In this document: one piece after another, positions 14,000-30,292 of the stretch
How the letters are laid out: the number at the start of each line of letters is the position of its first letter
How positions within the stretch are numbered: the first letter of the stretch is position 1
Source: the human T2T-CHM13v2.0 reference genome, Homo sapiens
Direction: 5' to 3' (one strand)
DNA length: 64,000 nt
NCBI RefSeq assembly: GCF_009914755.1
Contig: NC_060942.1
Program-made: the position numbers and the translations under genes
The notes under the pieces: generated by a model
What the model saw: the letters and a program-made list of their open reading frames with translations, nothing else
What the model was told of the DNA's origin: nothing
The model's database searches: none

Positions 14000-15100
14000 T
14001 ATTTGTTCATTCAGTCATTGGTTTGTTCCACAAATATTTACTGTTATGTATTAGACATTGTCTAGGCATTGGGGACACAGGGGTGAATAAGACAAATTTT
14101 CTTATTTGCAATCAGCAAATAAACATCAGCAAATAAACAAGGTAGTATCAGGTAATAAGTCTGCAAAGAATACAAAACAGGATAATGAGACAGAGTGTGA
14201 TGTGAGAAGGGGCTGTGTTGGCTAGGAGGTGCTCGGGAAAGGAGTCCCTGGGGATGATATTGAAACAGGGGCGTTCCCTGATCCCCCTCGCAGGACATAC
14301 GACAGGGGTGTGACTTGCCTATTTGGCTGCTGCTGCTCAAAACCCCATAGAGGAGGGGAGCGTGCAGACAGACAGGTGAAGGAGCTCAAGTAGGTGTGTG
14401 TTACAGTGTGAGCTTTTAGCTTTGCTGTGCGTGGATGTCTTGAGGGCTAACCAGCTTAATGGACCCTCTGCCTTTCTGCAAGGGTAGAGGGCCAGTATGC
14501 CAGCTTTCTGTATTCCAAGCTCTTGTCCAGCATCCTGGAAAAATCGGGTCACACACAAACTTGAAGGATGAATGCAGGAGTTTTATTGAGTGGTGTGGGT
14601 GGTTCTCATCAGGATGGATAGGGACCGGAAGTTGGGAATGGAGTGGGTAGATAATATTCCCCTGGTGCCTGGCCATCCAGCTGCCGAACTCCTCTCCAGC
14701 TGCCCCCAGCCGAATTTCTCTGGGTGTTCAGACGTTCCTCCTCCTCTCTCTTTCTCTGCCACATCGCTCAGCCGTCCGTCTGCTTGTCTCCTCATCTCCT
14801 TGCCTGCTGGTCTGCTCTGGAGCCTGGGGTTCAGGATTTATATGGGCACAGGATAGGGGGCATGGCATGCCAAAAGGCAACTTCTTGGGAGTGAAGACAG
14901 GAATGCCTGTTCTCATTTAGGGCCGTGGGTATCCAGGCTTGAGGGTGGGGCCTTTGCCTGGGAATGACCCTCTTCTACCCAGTAGTTCCCTGTCTCCTGG
15001 CTGTATCAATGTTTAGGTTGAGAGCTGACATTGATGACAAGGAAACTGCAAATATCTGGGGAAAGAGCTTTTCACAAAATGGGGAATATCAAGGGCCGTG
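14000..15100 (-). mobile_element. L2 fragment interrupted by LTR at 14261-15008
   Basis: TTCATTCAGTCATT...CAAATATTTACTG...TCTAGGCATTGGGGACACAG; L2-like sequence resumes after 15008 (AATATCTGGGGAAAGAGC). Confidence 0.7.
14261..15008 (-). mobile_element. ERV1 solo LTR, LTR1/LTR27/LTR28 group, 748 bp
   Basis: TG...CA; minus strand begins TGATACAGCCAGGAGACAGGGAACTACTGGGTAGAAGAGGG...AAAGGCCCCACCCTCAAGCCTGG; TATAAA and AATAAA on minus strand; 4-bp TSD ATAT/ATGT. Confidence 0.8.
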
Positions 15101-18100
15101 AATCCATCTGAGTTAGAATTAATTATCTAAATCCTATCAGAGATAACAAAAATCCAAGCAGGTAAGGACTAGATTGGTGAATATTACCCTTACAGTATGT
15201 GACTTCTTAAAAAATGTATTTCTGAAACGAAAATAGCCAGACATTCATTTAAATCAGTAGCAACTACCTTTCAACACTGAAATTAGGCAACCTCTCTGCC
15301 CCTCCCACCCCCCCCACCATTTCATCATTGGGAGAATATTGTTTTCACAACTTGCTCTATTATGCATATATTTAATAGGTAAACTATGAGGGTGATAACA
15401 GTTTTGCTTAGGACTTCATAGTAATGACTAAGAAAAACAACAACATAGCTTTGTGTGTGGATGATACAGCATTATAGCCTCTTCGCATAATTCAGGCTTT
15501 TTGAATTGTTGAAGGGCTTGAACGTCCCAGTTTGGGTATATCCATCAAATTTTCCATTGAGTTGCAAAGTGTCACCTCTTTGTATGCTTTATAGACAAAA
15601 GTCACAGGTATAATCATACAGATAGCGTATAGAAGTGTCAATCAACTTGCCAGTTCAGCTTTTCTTTCATTGGGGAACAATAATAAACCTCGAATATGTT
15701 TGCAGTTTGGATTTCTGATTTATATACCGCCCAATAGTGCCCCATTTAATCTGTTCACCTGTGGTTGCTTTGTTCTGAATTTCATGGCTCTGTTGTTTTA
15801 AACCCTCTTTTGCATACATTTTCAGAGAGAGGCTGATGATTGCAAACCGTTGGTTTTTGGGAAATTGGAATGCTGCCACTGTCTGAATTGCCTGAATAAA
15901 GAAAAGTAGGTCCTGTAATTATTTTATTTTCTCCCCAGCATGTGATTTGTGATTGATGACACATGCATAGGGGGCTTTTGCCATTAGGCTGGCTGATCCC
16001 TCTACTATGACATTAATGTCACTGTCACTGTGCTCGAAGCTATAGTTTGTTAGGCAACTCTGGCATGGGGAAATGAGCATGGACTTTTTAATGTGTTTGA
16101 AATAGCTACATGCTGACAGATGTTCCCACGTGCTTGCTGATGTCATGACTGGGGCTCCTAGAAAGCCCGGGAAATTAAAAGAAAGAAGAAAATGTTAGTT
16201 GAGGCTCCAGAAGGAGAAATGATAGAGGCATACAATAGAAAATTTTGCAAAAAAGAAAATCCACGAATCTCTACAAATTTCCTTCAGGTCTAACTCCTGC
16301 CCCTCCCACCCTGCCCACCTCATAGAGAAGCATTCAAGACACAAACTATTTAAATCTGAAGAAATACAGTATTAAGAGAGCAATCCTTCCATGGTGCTCA
16401 TTTGAAAAGCAAAACAAACAAACATACACAAAACCCAAAGTAAATTAAGGTCTTTTCCTTTTTTTTTTCATTAAAAAATGCATATCACAGTGTTTACTTG
16501 GTAGACCAATTATTCTAAAAACCAGGTTTCAAGGAAAAAGTCACTTTCTGGCAGAGGCCTTACATGACAAGTTCCGTTCCGCAGTGGATTAAAATGGTTG
16601 TGAAGAGATGCTAACATAACTTCAACTACGGCAGTGTGAACACACCACTGTAATAATTCATTTAGAATGATGGCACCTGAGACCTAATTTAAAAGTCCTA
16701 GATGAATACTAGTCTCACATTCAACCCTGAGGGCTGCGGCAAACATACGTAAGAAAGTCTAAGAACCATAGTGAGTCTAATTGAATTGGACTTAAACGGA
16801 CCATTGAGATGGCCTCACTGAGCTCAGGGGAATTCACGTTGTCTATACTGTATCAGAATCACAGCTTGAACTGAATAACTGGTTACATTCAATCATGTTA
16901 CAGTAACTCATGCCTGAGGTAAAGGGGAAACCTTTTGCTATCAGCAAGACTGGATGGAAAACAATTTCAAATCACTTTAAACCCAGTTGGCAACTACTTT
17001 GCCAATTATGGAATCCAGTGGGAAAGGTGTGTTCGAGGGCTCAGGACTAAATGATTTATGTCAGGCATCTGGGCCTCCCGAGGAATGCGGGAGAGTGTGC
17101 GGAGGAGGGGCGTGTGGCTAATTATTTCTCCTAAGAATACTTTAGTGAGGTAATTTGTGCCTGCAGATGAGTCACACTGCAGGCTGGATGAAAGGCAAGG
17201 TAAGCACAGACATTCCTAAGATCCCATTTAGAGATGGATAAAGAGGGAGCCTAAAGATTCAAATACACTTTCTCATCTCTTCGCTCTGAAACATTTGGAG
17301 ATAAAAAACGGAAAGAGCAAACTTAGTTCTCGGCTCTAACAGGCAAGTTGCGATCAAAGTCTGTAATTTGTACTGCAGGTATTGCATTGGCTGCCTTCTA
17401 ACACAGACTTACTGGCACAGGTGACATGCTATAATGCATCAGATGGATGAGCGTGAATCTGGGGTCCTTTATAGTGACCCTGAGAAATGCCTTTTTTTTG
17501 GTCCTAATTTATTTTAGATGACTGTGGCTGCAGAGATAAGAATTTCTATCCTACTCAATGCCTTCTAAAGAAGGATGTCACCATTCTCTGGGATTCATGT
17601 ATGAAGGTCTCCAGCTGAGAGATGATCCTGAAACTTATCCCAAGAGTAATGAGTTCTCCTACCCCACCTCAAACAAATAAAAAGGATCATAGAATTCCAC
17701 TATAGAAACTGACAGTAGAGGCGGATAGGTTTCTTGAGTAGTCTTTTCAGATCCTTTCATTACTGAACACATTTTAAAGGTATTTTGAGTAATCTGGAGA
17801 AGATTATGAGTGCTGTAATGATATTAAATCCAGCACCGGGGGGTCTATTTGAAACCTCACGTGAGTGTGTCTGTACAAAGCTGGCACTCTTGCTTTCTCG
17901 TCTTTCCTCTCTTCCAGCAGCTGCCTGCCATCATTACAGCTAATAGAGTGGGTTAAACTTTTGGGCTAGCTAGCGGCTCTGAGTATCTCTCTAATGGTTT
18001 CCATTGTGTGCATCCCTGGAAAACACTTCTGACCAATGAACCCCTAACTGCAAATGACACAGGCAAGCTTCATTGAAAATGACACCACTGGAGGGAACCC

Positions 18101-18469
18101 TGCGCTCATTTGGGATGCTTCCTCACTGGGGAAAGAAGGCCATTTCAGCAGTTGCACCAAAGGGATGTTGTCATGTGGCATTTACTTTTCTAAGGCACAG
18201 AACAAAGCAGTGGGGGTAGTTTGCGCTCCTACATGCTAACTATATGTTTAGCTGTGCGATGCCAAAATAAGAATCCCCGCATGTCCAGAGGGGAGAGAGA
18301 AATTGCAGTCTTCCCAGTTCATCCTCATACAGAATGGGGAGTGTGGACGTCAGACAATCTAAACTAAATCAGGATCCATGTCTGGAATCAGTCTTGTTTA
18401 AATGCAGAGCTTGTGACAAATGGGAGTTAAGTACTACCAGAAAGGGAGTGTGGCCCGGGAGGGTCTAAG

Positions 18470-18598
18470 ACTGGTCATTGAGAGTGCTGCATTCGAATTC
18501 TTGGTTGCAACCAAATGTGTTGCTTTGGGTGAGTTTCTTCACTTTCTGAGTTTCTTTCAGTTTCCTCTGTAACATGAGGTAGGTAGACCAGATGGTTT
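18470..18598 (+). mobile_element. MIR/MIR3 fragment
   Basis: ATTCGAATTCTTGG...CTTTGGGTGAGTTTCTTCACTTTCTGAG...CAGTTTCCTCTGTAA. Confidence 0.55.
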
Positions 18599-18599
18599 A

Positions 18600-19190
18600 A
18601 TCCAATCCAACAATTGTTCATTGAGTGCTTGGTTTGTGTCAAGATTTGTGCTAGGCAATGGGGAGAGACTATGGGAATGAAACATGTACCGCTGGCGTCC
18701 TTTTGGATTTTAAAGTTTAACAAGTAAGACTAATATTAAAAGATGATTTTAAAATGATATTAAAAGATGATTTTAAAATGATACATTTTAGCAAGTGGGA
18801 AGCATACAGTGTTATGGAATGAAGTGACAAAGTCTGAGCAGTCAGAGAGGGCTTCTTGAGGAAAGTTGTTCAGGTGGAGCCTGAAGGATAAGGAGGTTTG
18901 GGTTGAGCACGAAGGCTAAGGAGGAGCCAGCCGGAAAAACATGGGAGTGGGATGAGGTAGACGAGCATTTCAGATGAACTAAGCATTTGTGAAGGCTCTG
19001 CACAAGAAAGAGGTCGGGACTGGATCGCAGAACATAAAAGGAAGAGTGAAAACGTGGGTCAGGAGGAGGGTTGCACACAATGTAGTAAGCACGCATTTTG
19101 TCCTTGTACTGAGGGCAGTGGAAACCACTGAAGCAAATTCCACTGCAGAGTGGGGGTGAGGAGGCAGATATCTGAGGTTCTTTCCAGACC
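18600..19190 (-). mobile_element. L2 fragment
   Basis: CAACAATTGTTCATTGAGTGCTT...TGTGCTAGGC; GTCAGAGAGGGCTTCTTGAGGAA; GGGCAGTGGAAACCACTGAAG. Confidence 0.65.
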
Positions 19191-19559
19191 CAGCATTTTG
19201 GGGCTTTCCACATGGTTGTTTTGACCTCTCTAAGACCCACTAGAGGGATTTAATACTCAGGTACAGTCCAGAGAAGAGGACAAAAGGCAGTGACCCCAGA
19301 AACTCACCTCCAATCTACAGCTGGTTGAAGCCTGGCATATAAAGGTGGATTTGCCCATGCAGGTTGGATTTGGTGCCTTTGGCCTCAGCCTCGAAAGATT
19401 AGGTCAGTCTTGCCCAGACTCTGGGTCATGCTCTTTAGTTCTCTGTTAGACTCACCAGGGGCTTGTCAAAGAAATGAGAGGCTATGTTACATATCCAAGT
19501 CTCCTTGCCAAGGGAGAAAATGGGAAATGGAGCCCCTCAGAACTTCGGCCTCTTCTTGA

Positions 19560-20363
<804 letters not shown>

Positions 20364-20490
20364 TAGGGCAGCACTTTCTGAGACTTCCATTTGCTATTAC
20401 TCTATCCATCCCTGGGGGTGCAAAGATATTTGGCAGCAGCTGGAACTCATTCACAGGGAGTCCTCACAGCACCTAACATTAGGTGGCACT

Positions 20491-20710
20491 TAATAGTGAT
20501 GATAATCACTTATGGAGTCTACTAAGATGTTTTGAATCCCTTCTCCCATTCAAAAATCTTGACAACCCTGTGAGACAGATATGCTCACCTTACTGATGAG
20601 TACGGGGGCTTGGCAAAGTAGGTATGTTGTTCATATTACACAGCTAGTAAGTGGAAGAGTCAATATCATATACTCCCAGATTCAGAACTTTAAATAACCC
20701 CATGCTACCT
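20491..20710 (-). mobile_element. MIR
   Basis: ACAACCCTGTGAG...TTACTGATGAG...ACACAGCTAGTAAGTGG. Confidence 0.65.
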
Positions 20711-21563
20711 TCTAGGGAAAGCTTCTGCTATGTGTTTGGAGGGTTAGGTGAGAGAAAGGTGAATTTTAATCTCCCAACATGCTCACTCCTTTTTCCTGCT
20801 TTGTGGGGGATGTAAGTGAATAACCCCAGTGCTGTGGTGCACTCGTTAATCTTGTAGCAAGACAGGTGGAATGTGGGTCTGCAGGTGGCCTTGGTATGGT
20901 GGGGATAACTATGTGCCTTCACCTGTCCCTACACAGGTCATACCTACCAGCTTGTGTTTGCTTCCGACATGTCTGGGCAGTGTGAATTGTCCTCTGCTCC
21001 TCTGGAGAGATGGGCCCTGTGGCTGCTTTGGGAAGAACATCAGTTTTGTGTTCATTTAGATATGGCATTCTGTGTATTTGGAATCTATGCATTTTTTGTT
21101 CCCTGGTCTCCAAAGTTAGTAGCAGAGGTGGTAAGAGCAAAAACCCATACTTGTGTAGGAAGGAAGGTGCATAGGGAAGAATGGCTTTAGCAAGAGTCAG
21201 ACAAGGGTTCCATTTTCCAGTTTTTGTGTGTATTCTCCTTTGGAAGGTACAGGCCCTGCTTAACTGTTCTAGAAATAAAACAAAAATGGCGGAAAAACTT
21301 CTCAATATTCCCTGTTTCACAAAGAATTATTGTTGCCATTTTCCTTTCAAGCAAATATATGAAAGTGAGTTGAAAGGAAATATCATCCAAAGTATTAAAG
21401 CTTCTTTCAAGTTTTCAGTTCTTTGTGGGTTTTGTGCTAATGTTTTTCTGATAGAATAGAGCCCAAGAATGAAATATAGAAGAGGAGCTGTCCATTCAGA
21501 CACAAAAGTGATCAATTCTTGTGACATAGTAAGAGATTTAGATTTTTAAAAATCTGTCCAACA

Positions 21564-21847
21564 GGCCGGGTGCAGTGACTCACGCCTGTAATCCCAGCAC
21601 TTTGGGAGGCTGAGGTGGATGGATCACCTGAGGTCAGGAGTTCAAGACCGCCTGGCCAACATGGTGAAACCCTGTTTCTACTAAAAATACAAAAATTAGC
21701 TGAGCCTGGTGGCACGTGTCTGTAGTCCCACGGGAGGATGAGGGAGGAGAATTGCTTGAACCCGGGAGGTGGAGGTTGCAGTGAGCCAAGATCACACCAT
21801 TGCTCTTCAGCCTGGGCAACAAGAGCAAAACTCTGTCTCGAAAAAAA
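21564..21847 (+). mobile_element. AluS (Sq/Sp-like)
   Basis: GGCCGGGTGCAGTG...GGCAACAAGAGCAAAACTCTGTCTC; TSD AAAAATCTGTCCAACA / AAAAATCTGTCTAACA. Confidence 0.95.
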
Positions 21848-22684
21848 AAAAATCTGTCTAACAAAGATTAAATGTTTAATTTTTTGATAGAATTAGTAGG
21901 ATAACCATTTTTAGTGATAAATTATTTTAAAACTAGAAAAATTAATTTAGAAAAAAAAAGACATCCAGAGAATAATACAGGGTTCGAGCAGCAATTTTGT
22001 GATAGGCCAATGTTGGATCAACAGTCAAATCTGATAGTGCGTTCCCCTGAATGTTTTAACCAGAATGACATTACTTGGAGGAATTAGTATTTTGAGTTAT
22101 GTAAAAGAAAGCCCAGCCTATTCTGAGATATGATAAGAGGCTCAGTTCTGTAAAACCAGAGAAGCATGGGACACGTTTCTGCTTTGGATTGTACATGTAA
22201 TTATTTTCTTTGGATTAATGAATGGGACTGCCTGTATTCCTAGTGAGAAAATGCCAATTTCAGAGACATTCAAAGTCTGCCAGTTTCTCTCACAGAACTT
22301 TGCAACAGGGATGATTTTGTTTAGGAATATATATATTCCTCTCTGAGATGTCCATTTGCTTTTACTAGCAAAGATTAAATGTTTAATCTTTAATGTTTAA
22401 TATATATATGGATTTTTATTTAGATATATATGGCCTATATATATTTCTGTTTAAAGTTTGCTGAGAGGTTAATTTGCCATTCTAATTCACTATTCCTTAG
22501 TAAAAATTGGTTTGTCAGATAATTTGAATGGCACATCATAAAGCAGAGAGAGGGGACTTGAGGGAGTGGGAAAGTGAGTTTGGGTGGGGGAAGATGGCAG
22601 GCAAGATGCCTGGGACAGAGCTTCCTTCCGTCCCTCCGTCCCTCCTCCTCACTCCTTTCTTCCTCTCTGTCTCCTTCCCCTCCT

Positions 22685-22800
22685 GTCATGCATTCATCCA
22701 GTATTTGTGAAATAAGTACCAGATATGATATTGGGCACTGAGAATACAAAGATAACTAAGTGAAAATCTGGGCTCTCCGTGCAGCTGCAGCCAGCCACTG
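22685..22800 (-). mobile_element. L2 3' fragment
   Basis: CATTCATCCAGTATTTG...GGGCACTGAGAATACAAAGAT. Confidence 0.5.
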
Positions 22801-23617
22801 TAGACGAGGAGAGAGAAAGGCCATGTCACCAGTTGAGTGCTATGGTAGCCAGCAGAATCAGCCACCTCACCTGGACTTCCTGGGAGAGGGCTGCCTGTTC
22901 ACATCATGAAGGTCAAATGCAAAGAGCCTGGCATGCTTGCGCCGTCTCCTGGGAATGGCAGCCCAATAAGTGGGGTGAGTAGCGGAAGGAACTCCAAGGT
23001 TACATGTGCCCCCACTCAAAAATGCCCACTGACCTGGAAACAGGCCACCCTACAAGTGTCCGGCGTGACTCTGCCTCTCCCCACCTGTGTGGCCTCAACC
23101 ACATCTCATTACCTCTTGGGCCTCATTGCACCCATCTGTGCCTTGCAGGCCTTGGCTCAGATGCCCTGTCCTGGCATTTCCCATTTCCGCCTCAACTCTT
23201 TAGAGTGGACACAGTGGAGTGTGCGCGTCTCCATACTCACACTGCCTCAGAATCTAGGGTTCCGATAACTTTGCTGGGAGGAGTTTGAAAACCTTGCTTG
23301 TTGAAACCCAGTTTCACAATTTCCTTGCTTCACTTTGCAAAGAGCCAGGGCATTTTATTTGCTACCCACTGCTTAATCGTGATAACTCACAGCACAGTAA
23401 AGGTCTTATTGAGGAAGAAAAGGCTTTGATCACCTTTAACAACACTTGGAAATCACTCTAAGTGCCTCTGCTAATTCTTACCTCTTTTAATAGTGTTGAT
23501 ATGTTCAGTCACCTCTGTCCCACCCACTTACACACCCTGCCTAGGGTTCCTCAGGCACAGATGTTCACTGACTTAATTGTCTTAGAAGCTATTGTTAAAA
23601 TAATGTCTGTGATATCA

Positions 23618-24818
<1,201 letters not shown>

Positions 24819-24867
24819 TGGGGACATTATCACCTAAGACCAGACCAGGGTCCTCGAGGCCACCTAT

Positions 24868-26128
<1,261 letters not shown>

Positions 26129-26445
26129 GCCCTCTTTGGCAGTGTCTGGCTCGGGTACAACACTGCTGCATTATCCCTGTAGGATAAACTTCCCCTCTGA
26201 GTGAGAGAGCCCAGAAAGGGCTGTATCATCAGCAGGCATGTAGAGGCTACATTTCCTGTCTGGGACAAGCCCCCATTCCAGCACGCAGGAGGCTTGGCCT
26301 CCAATTTTTGATCTGCCCCTGTGCATCTGTGTTCTCGTAGGAAGGTCACTTGACACCCTCTCTGGGTGGCAGCTTTCAGAAGAGCAGAGGAGGGACTGGA
26401 GCAGATAACCTCTAAGAACCCTTCCAGCATGACATGTCTTTTTCC

Positions 26446-27900
26446 CTTTTTTTTTTGGAAAAAGAGTTTTATTGAGATATAGTTCACATACTATAAAATT
26501 CACTCATTTAAAGTGTACAGTTCACTGTTTTTACCATATTCACAGTGTATGTAATGAGCAGCATAACGTTAGAATATTTTCAACACCCTAAAAAGGAACC
26601 TCATGCTCATTAGCAGTGACACCCCATTCCCTCCCCACAGTACCCTTTCTCCAGCCCCAGGCAACCATGAGTCTACCTTTTGTCTCTATCGATTTGCCTA
26701 TGTGAGACATTTTATACAAATGGGGTCATACTATACGTGGACTTTTGTGACTGGCTTCTTTCACTTAGCGTAATGTGTTCAGGATTCAGCCACGTTGTAG
26801 CATATATCAGTAATTTATTCCTTTTCACATATCAGTAATTCATTCCTTTTTATTGTGGAATAGTACTCTATTGTATTGTACAATAATTTATTCACCTATC
26901 CACTAGTTGATGGGTATTTGGGTTGTTTTCTCTTATAGGTTGTTATCAATAATGTTGCTAGGAATATAATTCATGTGTTTTTGTGTGGATGTGTATTTCC
27001 ATTTCTCATGGAAATGAACCTAAGGATGGAATTGTTGCATCCTATTGTAACTCTATGCTTAACATTCTGAGAAATTGCCAAGCTGTTTTCGACATGGTAG
27101 CACTGTTTCACATTCTCACCAGCAATTTATGAGGGTTTCAATTTTTCTACATCCTCACTGTTATGGTTTGAATATTTGTGTTTCCTCCAAAATTCATGTC
27201 GAAACTTAATTCCCAATGCGACAATATTAGAAGGTGGGGACCTCTGGAGGTGATGAGGTCATGGGGGCTCCACCCTCATAAATTGGATTAGTGCCTTATA
27301 AAAAAGGCGTTCACTCCTTTTGCCCTTCTGCTTTTGGCCATGCTGTGGGGAGAAGATGCACTGATGGCTCTCACCAGGCACCAAATCTAGTGGTGTCTTG
27401 ATCTTGGACTCCAGAACTGTGAGAAATAAATTTCTGTTCTTTACATATGATACCTAGTCTTGGGTATTTTATTATAGCAGCATACATGGAATAAGACACT
27501 CACCAACATTTCTTACTGTCTTTTTAATCATAGCCTTCCTAGTGAGTGTGAAGTTGTGCCTCACATTGTGGTTTTGATTTGCCTTTCTCTGATGGCTAAT
27601 GATGTTGAGAATCTTTCTGTATACTTATTGGTCAGTTGTTTAACTTCTTTGGAGAAATGTCTATTTTAAAATTTTTGCCCATCATTTTAATTGGGTTATT
27701 TATCTTATTGGGTTGTAAGAATTCTTTGTATATTCTGGATGTAAGTCCCTTATCAGATATGTATTATAATCTGCAAAATTTTTCTCCCATTCTGTGGGTT
27801 GTCTTTTTACTTTTGATGGTATTATTTGAAGCACACATATTTTTATTTTTGATAAAGTCTGACTTACCTGTTTTTTCTTTTATTGCTTTTGCTATAAAAT
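26446..27900 (-). mobile_element. L1MB-type 3' end, interrupted by MaLR LTR
   Basis: TTTATTGAGATATAGTTCACATACTATAAAATTCAC...AAAGTGTACAG; CAGCCCCAGGCAACC; ACATCCTCAC|CAACATTT reconstituted across the LTR. Confidence 0.9.
27159..27498 (+). mobile_element. MST/MLT1A-type MaLR solo LTR nested in L1
   Basis: TGTTATGGTTTGAAT...ATAAGACA; perfect 5-bp TSD CTCAC (27154-58, 27499-503). Confidence 0.88.
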
Positions 27901-28005
27901 GTTTTTAAAGATCTCAGTATTTTAGTTTGTTTTAGAAAAAAATGAATATGTGTGCAAAATAAAAGAAATAACAAATAACAGAACAGGAAGAAAAGAGCCT
28001 CTTTT

Positions 28006-28323
<318 letters not shown>

Positions 28324-29886
28324 CTAGTCCCTCAGTCTTCTCCCAACATACATTTGTATCTAATTCTTAAACACACACATGCGCACACACAGATAGAAGC
28401 ATCATAGGTATATGGCTCAAACTGTTCTTTCTCTTGTTTTTTTTTACATAACAATGTATCTTTGAGGTATTTAGCTCTATATTCATACATTAACACTTAC
28501 TGTTCTAGAAAATGGTGGTATTGTGTTCAGTTGGATGTGGGTAACAACATTGATTTAACCAATCCATTATGATGGACATTTTGGTTGTTTTATCTTTTGC
28601 TACTGATAATAATGCTGCACTGAATAGACTTTTAGATTAGTTTTCACACTAACGTACCAAGAGTGTCTCAGGGTGAATTTCTATAGCTGAATTTGTGGAG
28701 TCAAGGAGAGAGAGAGTACTCATGTAGACTCTACATGCATCAATAGTTTATTATTGATCTTTTTTTTGATCTTTGCTAGGATGAAAGGCTAAAAACATGT
28801 ATTTTATTATAGTTTTATTTATTTACTTTATTATGAGTTCAGTATCTTTTCATATTTCTTCTGTGAATATTCTTTGCATGTTCTTCCCCCTTTCTCTTTT
28901 TCTATAGAATTTTTGCTTTTCTTATTAATTTATTCATTATGTATGAAGATTACATATTAAAGACATTAGAGATTAGTCCTTCATCTTGCAACTATTTTTT
29001 CATTTTCTTTTTAATAACCATATTAATTATAGATGTGCACAGGATTTTATCATTTTTTCTCTACTAAATTTTATTTTTTATGTAATCAAATTTTCATTTC
29101 TTTCTTTAATGAGCCTAGGCTTTGTGTCTTACTTAGAAAGGCCTACCTACTCTAAGTTGCTACAAAAGTCCACATGATTTTCTAGTATTCTTTAATTTAA
29201 TTTAATTGTAGACATCAACATTCTTCACATCTCTGGGATATATTTTACACATATACTGAGGCACTACATTCCACAATCCACTCCCCATCAAATAGTTATT
29301 GCAATGAGATGTTCCAACATTATTTAAAAAAATACTCTTATTATACCTTATATTTCCTCTTATCCATTTTGGTCCATTTCTGGATACTCTCTTTTTTTAC
29401 ATTGCCCTTTCTCTCTCTCCTTAGAGAAAGCAGCAATTTATTTTAATCATTATAGCTTTATAATAGATTTTAATCTCTGATGCAGCCAGTTCCCTTAAAT
29501 ATTCTTCTTTTTTAGAATTGGCATGATCATTCTTACAGGTTTATTTATCTACCTGAGAGCAAAATTTGTATATGTTGCAAATTTTAAATTACCTTTATGT
29601 GTATATATTTTTGTTCCAATTACAAATAGATTTTTTCTCATACTTTATTTGTTAATTGGCTGAAGCTATTGATTTATGTATATTAATTTTGTTATGTGAA
29701 TTTACTTTAAAAATGATTTCTAATGTTTTTAAATTTCTTTTTTGGATATTCTAATCAGACAATCATATCATCTACCAGTAATGGTTACTTACTTCTTCTT
29801 TATCAATTGTTTATGTATGTAAGTTCTTACTCCTATCTAACTGTTTTGGCTAATGTCAAGAGCAATGTTAATTAATAGTAGTTATA

Positions 29887-30161
29887 GGCCATGTGCAGTG
29901 GCTTACACCTGTAATCCCAGGACTTTGGGAGACTGAGCTGGGAGAGCTTGAGGTCAGGAGATCCAGACCAGCTTGGGCAATGTAGTGACACTGTCTCTAC
30001 AAAAAAAATAAGAAAATTAGCTGGGCATGGTGGCATGTGCCTGTGGTGTCACCTACTTGGGAGACTGAAGCAGGAGGATCACTGGAGCCCAGAAGTTCAA
30101 GGCTGCAGTGAGCCACTGCAATCTGGCCTGGTCAACAGAGTGAGATACTATCTCTAAAAAA
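29887..30161 (+). mobile_element. AluJ
   Basis: Diverged sense Alu; TSD AATAGTAGTTATA / AATAGTAGTGATA. Confidence 0.9.
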
Positions 30162-30292
30162 AATAGTAGTGATAATTTTCATTTGCTCCTCCTTTACAAG
30201 GATTGTTTTTTGTTTTTCCCTATTATGTGTGATATTGATTTCTGGCTCAAGTTAAAACTATTCTCTATTATACTAGACTACATTATGCTATA

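Noticed and set aside
20948-20984. Possible p53 response element around CGACATGTCT
   Set aside because: Only one near-consensus half-site; neighbouring decamers are mismatched or spaced.
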